Origin: Felis catus
Lineage: Eukaryota
DNA length: 64,000 bases
NCBI RefSeq assembly: GCF_018350175.1
Contig: NC_058373.1
Coordinates: 111,850,001 to 111,914,000 of the forward strand
Direction: 5' to 3'
Shown here in pieces: positions 60,851 to 64,000 of the stretch (the stretch's first letter is position 1; every line of letters starts with the position of its first letter). A program made the position numbers and the translations under genes. Under the pieces are notes generated by a model that did no database searches, was not told where the DNA came from, and saw only the letters and a list, made by a program, of their open reading frames with translations.

Positions 60851-63800
60851 GGGTCACTTTCAATAAGAAACTCAGCCCTACTTCAAAAAAGGAGGGTAAG
60901 AGGTGAAAAATGCCACCATAAATCTCTTGGTTGTTTTCTCTTAAGCCTATTTTGGAAGTAAGTGAACGTATCTATTATAAATCAACTAACTGAACAGGTA
61001 AACATTGTTACTGACATCACAGAGTTTGTTAACTTTTATTCCAGAATAAATTGTCAAGGCTTCCTTAAATAACAAACATTTGGCTTATTGAAGAATATAT
61101 ACTCATTTAAAGGGGTTTCTGACTTGCCTTTTTTTTTTTTTTTGAAACTTAAACATGTTGATGGCTAGATAAACATACCTGAAAAGTAGCCTTGGCCCAC
61201 AGCTTCCTTACTGACCAGTAGTTCTTCTTTTTGGTGGTTCATCTGCCCCCTGACCACTAACCCAATATTTATTCTCCACTTTATCTCTTAAGAAGGGAGG
61301 CCCAGTGACCCAACTGGAGTTCCAGGGTTGTTGATTCAGCTCAGAGGTTGGATAGAAGCTTGTGGTTCTTCTATATAGAAACCTTCTCTTGTCTGCTTCA
61401 TAATCCCTCTCTCAGTACACATGCCCATAGAGAAAGGCTCAATAACTTTGTCCAGGAACTCTCATGGAGGACAAAGCCCTTCACATTGGCCATAGGGTCC
61501 CTGAGGCCTGTCTGTGCACTGAGCTTTTTCCACAATGAGAAATAGATTCTCAAAAGCTGCATCTAAAAATATAACTTGCTATTGATTATCTTCCTGCATC
61601 AGGGAAGGCCAAAAGACATCAAAATCTTATGACCAAGAGAAATCCAATGAGCAGATGCCCTTTGCTCTGGGCCATTAGTTTCTTTCACCCTGCTTAGGGA
61701 TTCTGTAAATCACCAAAAACAAGGAGAGTAAACACAAGGCGAGGGTGAGGCTAACCATAGAAGGGCCACTCAACCCACCATACTCCTGATCTGTCAGTAT
61801 CTTTACAACTCCATGCCTTGTGCAGGATGCCTGAGTGAAAATCTTTCCCCAGGCTAAAATTCTATACCTGCTAGGAAGTCAGATGATGAAACAAATGGGA
61901 AAATAATTGAGCTGGGGCTGTATTTGAGCTGCAAAATTTCAGAGATGAGTTCCCTCAGCCTAACTTGATATGAAGAATACAACTTTATTACACAGCATCT
62001 ATGACTCTATATCTAAAAATTCTTTCAGAGCAAATTTATTTGTGGTTTGGACAATTTGAGAGTTTCAGGCCAAGGAGACACTAATGTCTTTAGCTGAGAT
62101 TTGGAATGAACTGGAAGTCCAGTGAAACACAGATACAGTCTTCATGAAGGGGTCTACATGAATCCTGCTGTCTCAGCTTCAGGACCTCCTACACTGGAAC
62201 CTACCTTGACTATCCTTTTGGTTTCCCATTCTCTGCTATGGTTTGGCTTGTCTTCCCTCTGGCTCAGGCTACACTTGTCTGAACTTCCCTCTGGCCTTCC
62301 CAGTTCAGGTCATTCAGACTCCATGAAACTTGGAGATAGTTTAGGAACTGCTTTACTGCTGTCCTTCTCAGTGAACATAAAGCCAAGCCATCTGCTGCAA
62401 ATAAAGGAATGGAAACTACAAATAGGGACAGGGTAGAGAAATTGAGGCAACTGATAAAGGATTAAATTAGTCATTAGAAAGTTTCAGGTGCTAAGGGGTT
62501 GGCATCGCTCATGCATAAGGATGGCCCTACAATGGGCGTTCATAGGTACCACTAAACAGCAGACCTTGAGGAAGGGGTGGTTGGATTGGATTTTTCAAGC
62601 TGGGATTGTCAAGGTGCTGATTATCAGTGGAAAGATGACAGCTCACTGGGCAGAGGAGAGGATTGGGAAGAGTGTTTGTTAAGTAACTAACAATGAAAAA
62701 CATAATGGTCCAAAAGGAGGGATTGTCAGAAAGCACCAGTGGACTAGAAGGCCCAGCAGAGTCAGAGAACTAGAAGTCTTGAGGGATGGAAAAATGTGTC
62801 TGGTGAGACTGGTAACATGTGAGAGAAATAGGAAGACAGCCAGGAGTGAAAATTCCAAATTTCAGGCAGCACAAAGGGAGAGGGAGGAGGTGGCTTGCTT
62901 TAGGGTGTGGCCATGGCAATTGGTGGACAAGGGGAGGGAGGGGTCTGGACTGGGCTGATCAGTGGCCAGGCCTTGTGGACCTTGAGGTCAATTAGCCTAA
63001 TGGCAGGAACAGATCTTTCCAGAGAACATGGAGCTGGTAAATAGCAGTGACTAGAGCCCAGGCCTCTAGGCTCCCTTCTTTTGTGTTCCCTGCATTAGTA
63101 AGCACTGCCCACCCTTCCTGCTAACATTGGCACCAGCTCACAGTGGAGAAAGCTGTAGGAAGCCCCACTTAGGTCTCAAATTCCAGGTGTCAGGATGGCA
63201 GCCCCTTCCCTGTTCAGGAAGACCCTGGGGTGCATCTCTCTCTATGAGGTTGAGAATCCTGACTCCTGATCCACCTTCTCATTCCAGATTAAGTCCTTAA
63301 AAGTACCTACCTAGAGGTTAGCCTGGAAAAAATGATGAAATGGACATTTTCTTTTTTTTTTAGATGAGGTTCTTTGTTCTTTTCTCCTGGTTAGATCTTG
63401 TCTCCTCCATGACCCTGTGTCTGAGCTAGAGATGTCACAAGTGCCAGTCCTCAAGCAACACGGAATCAGAATCTCAGCATTCTGCTTAGTTCCAAGTTAA
63501 CATTCCTGGCATCCAATCAAAGTGCTCATTTTCTGGTGCATGTTCAAAAGTCAATACCACCATCAAAAACAGAATTCAAAAAATTGGGACAATGTTTTGT
63601 TTTGTTTTAAAGGAATTTTCCTCTTAAAAATGAAAATTTAGCTACCAAGAAATGGCTACCAGCCAGGAGAAAGGGACACTATGATCCTCTGTAAGTCACA
63701 CTACCTCCCTGGGCTTTCTCATCTTGAAATATCTGAGGTCTCTTCCAGCTTTAAACATATGAATAGACTTAAATTGTTAAATAGCTTTCATGGACCCCAA

Positions 63801-64000
63801 AAGAAAAAGTCTGGTTTAGTTGCCGTTGTCATTTTTTTTTTAAGAGACGCTGAGAGAAATCCTGCACCAGTGTTGTTCCTATTCACCTCATCATTTCCTT
63901 TTCTTTCATTGCATCTCACATCTCGGCAGAGAGTTTATCTTTACTCTATTTCCCAAATCTCCCGTATTATTCTCATGGTGTCTGTTTGACTCTATTCACT

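Overview
Mammalian nuclear DNA from a carnivore, very probably a felid: 16 tRNA-derived Can-SINE copies, four of them of the young Felidae SINEC_Fc type, plus carnivore-type L1s. I see no protein-coding exon or RNA gene that I can support. The ORF-track hits I can place come from SINE, L1, LTR, DNA-transposon or microsatellite sequence, and the rest resemble nothing I recognise. The window reads as intergenic or deep-intronic sequence made of ancient repeats (MIR, L2, MLT1, LTR33, hAT and Tigger relics), interspersed with repeat-poor blocks rich in transcription-factor motifs and a divergent CTCF pair near the left end. Three structures stand out. (1) A 3.5-kb composite L1 insertion (32391-35860) lies inside one perfect 16-bp target-site duplication (TSD). 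It holds three rearranged, overlapping L1 ORF2 pieces and about 1.35 kb of captured non-L1 DNA. (2) Within that cargo is a MER82-like Tigger element that still carries a transposase fragment. (3) A probable SINE-L1 chimeric retrotranscript lies at 47764-49540. Repeat family names are from my recall of consensus sequences, not from a search, and boundaries of ancient repeats are approximate. I do not find evidence for a new gene system.
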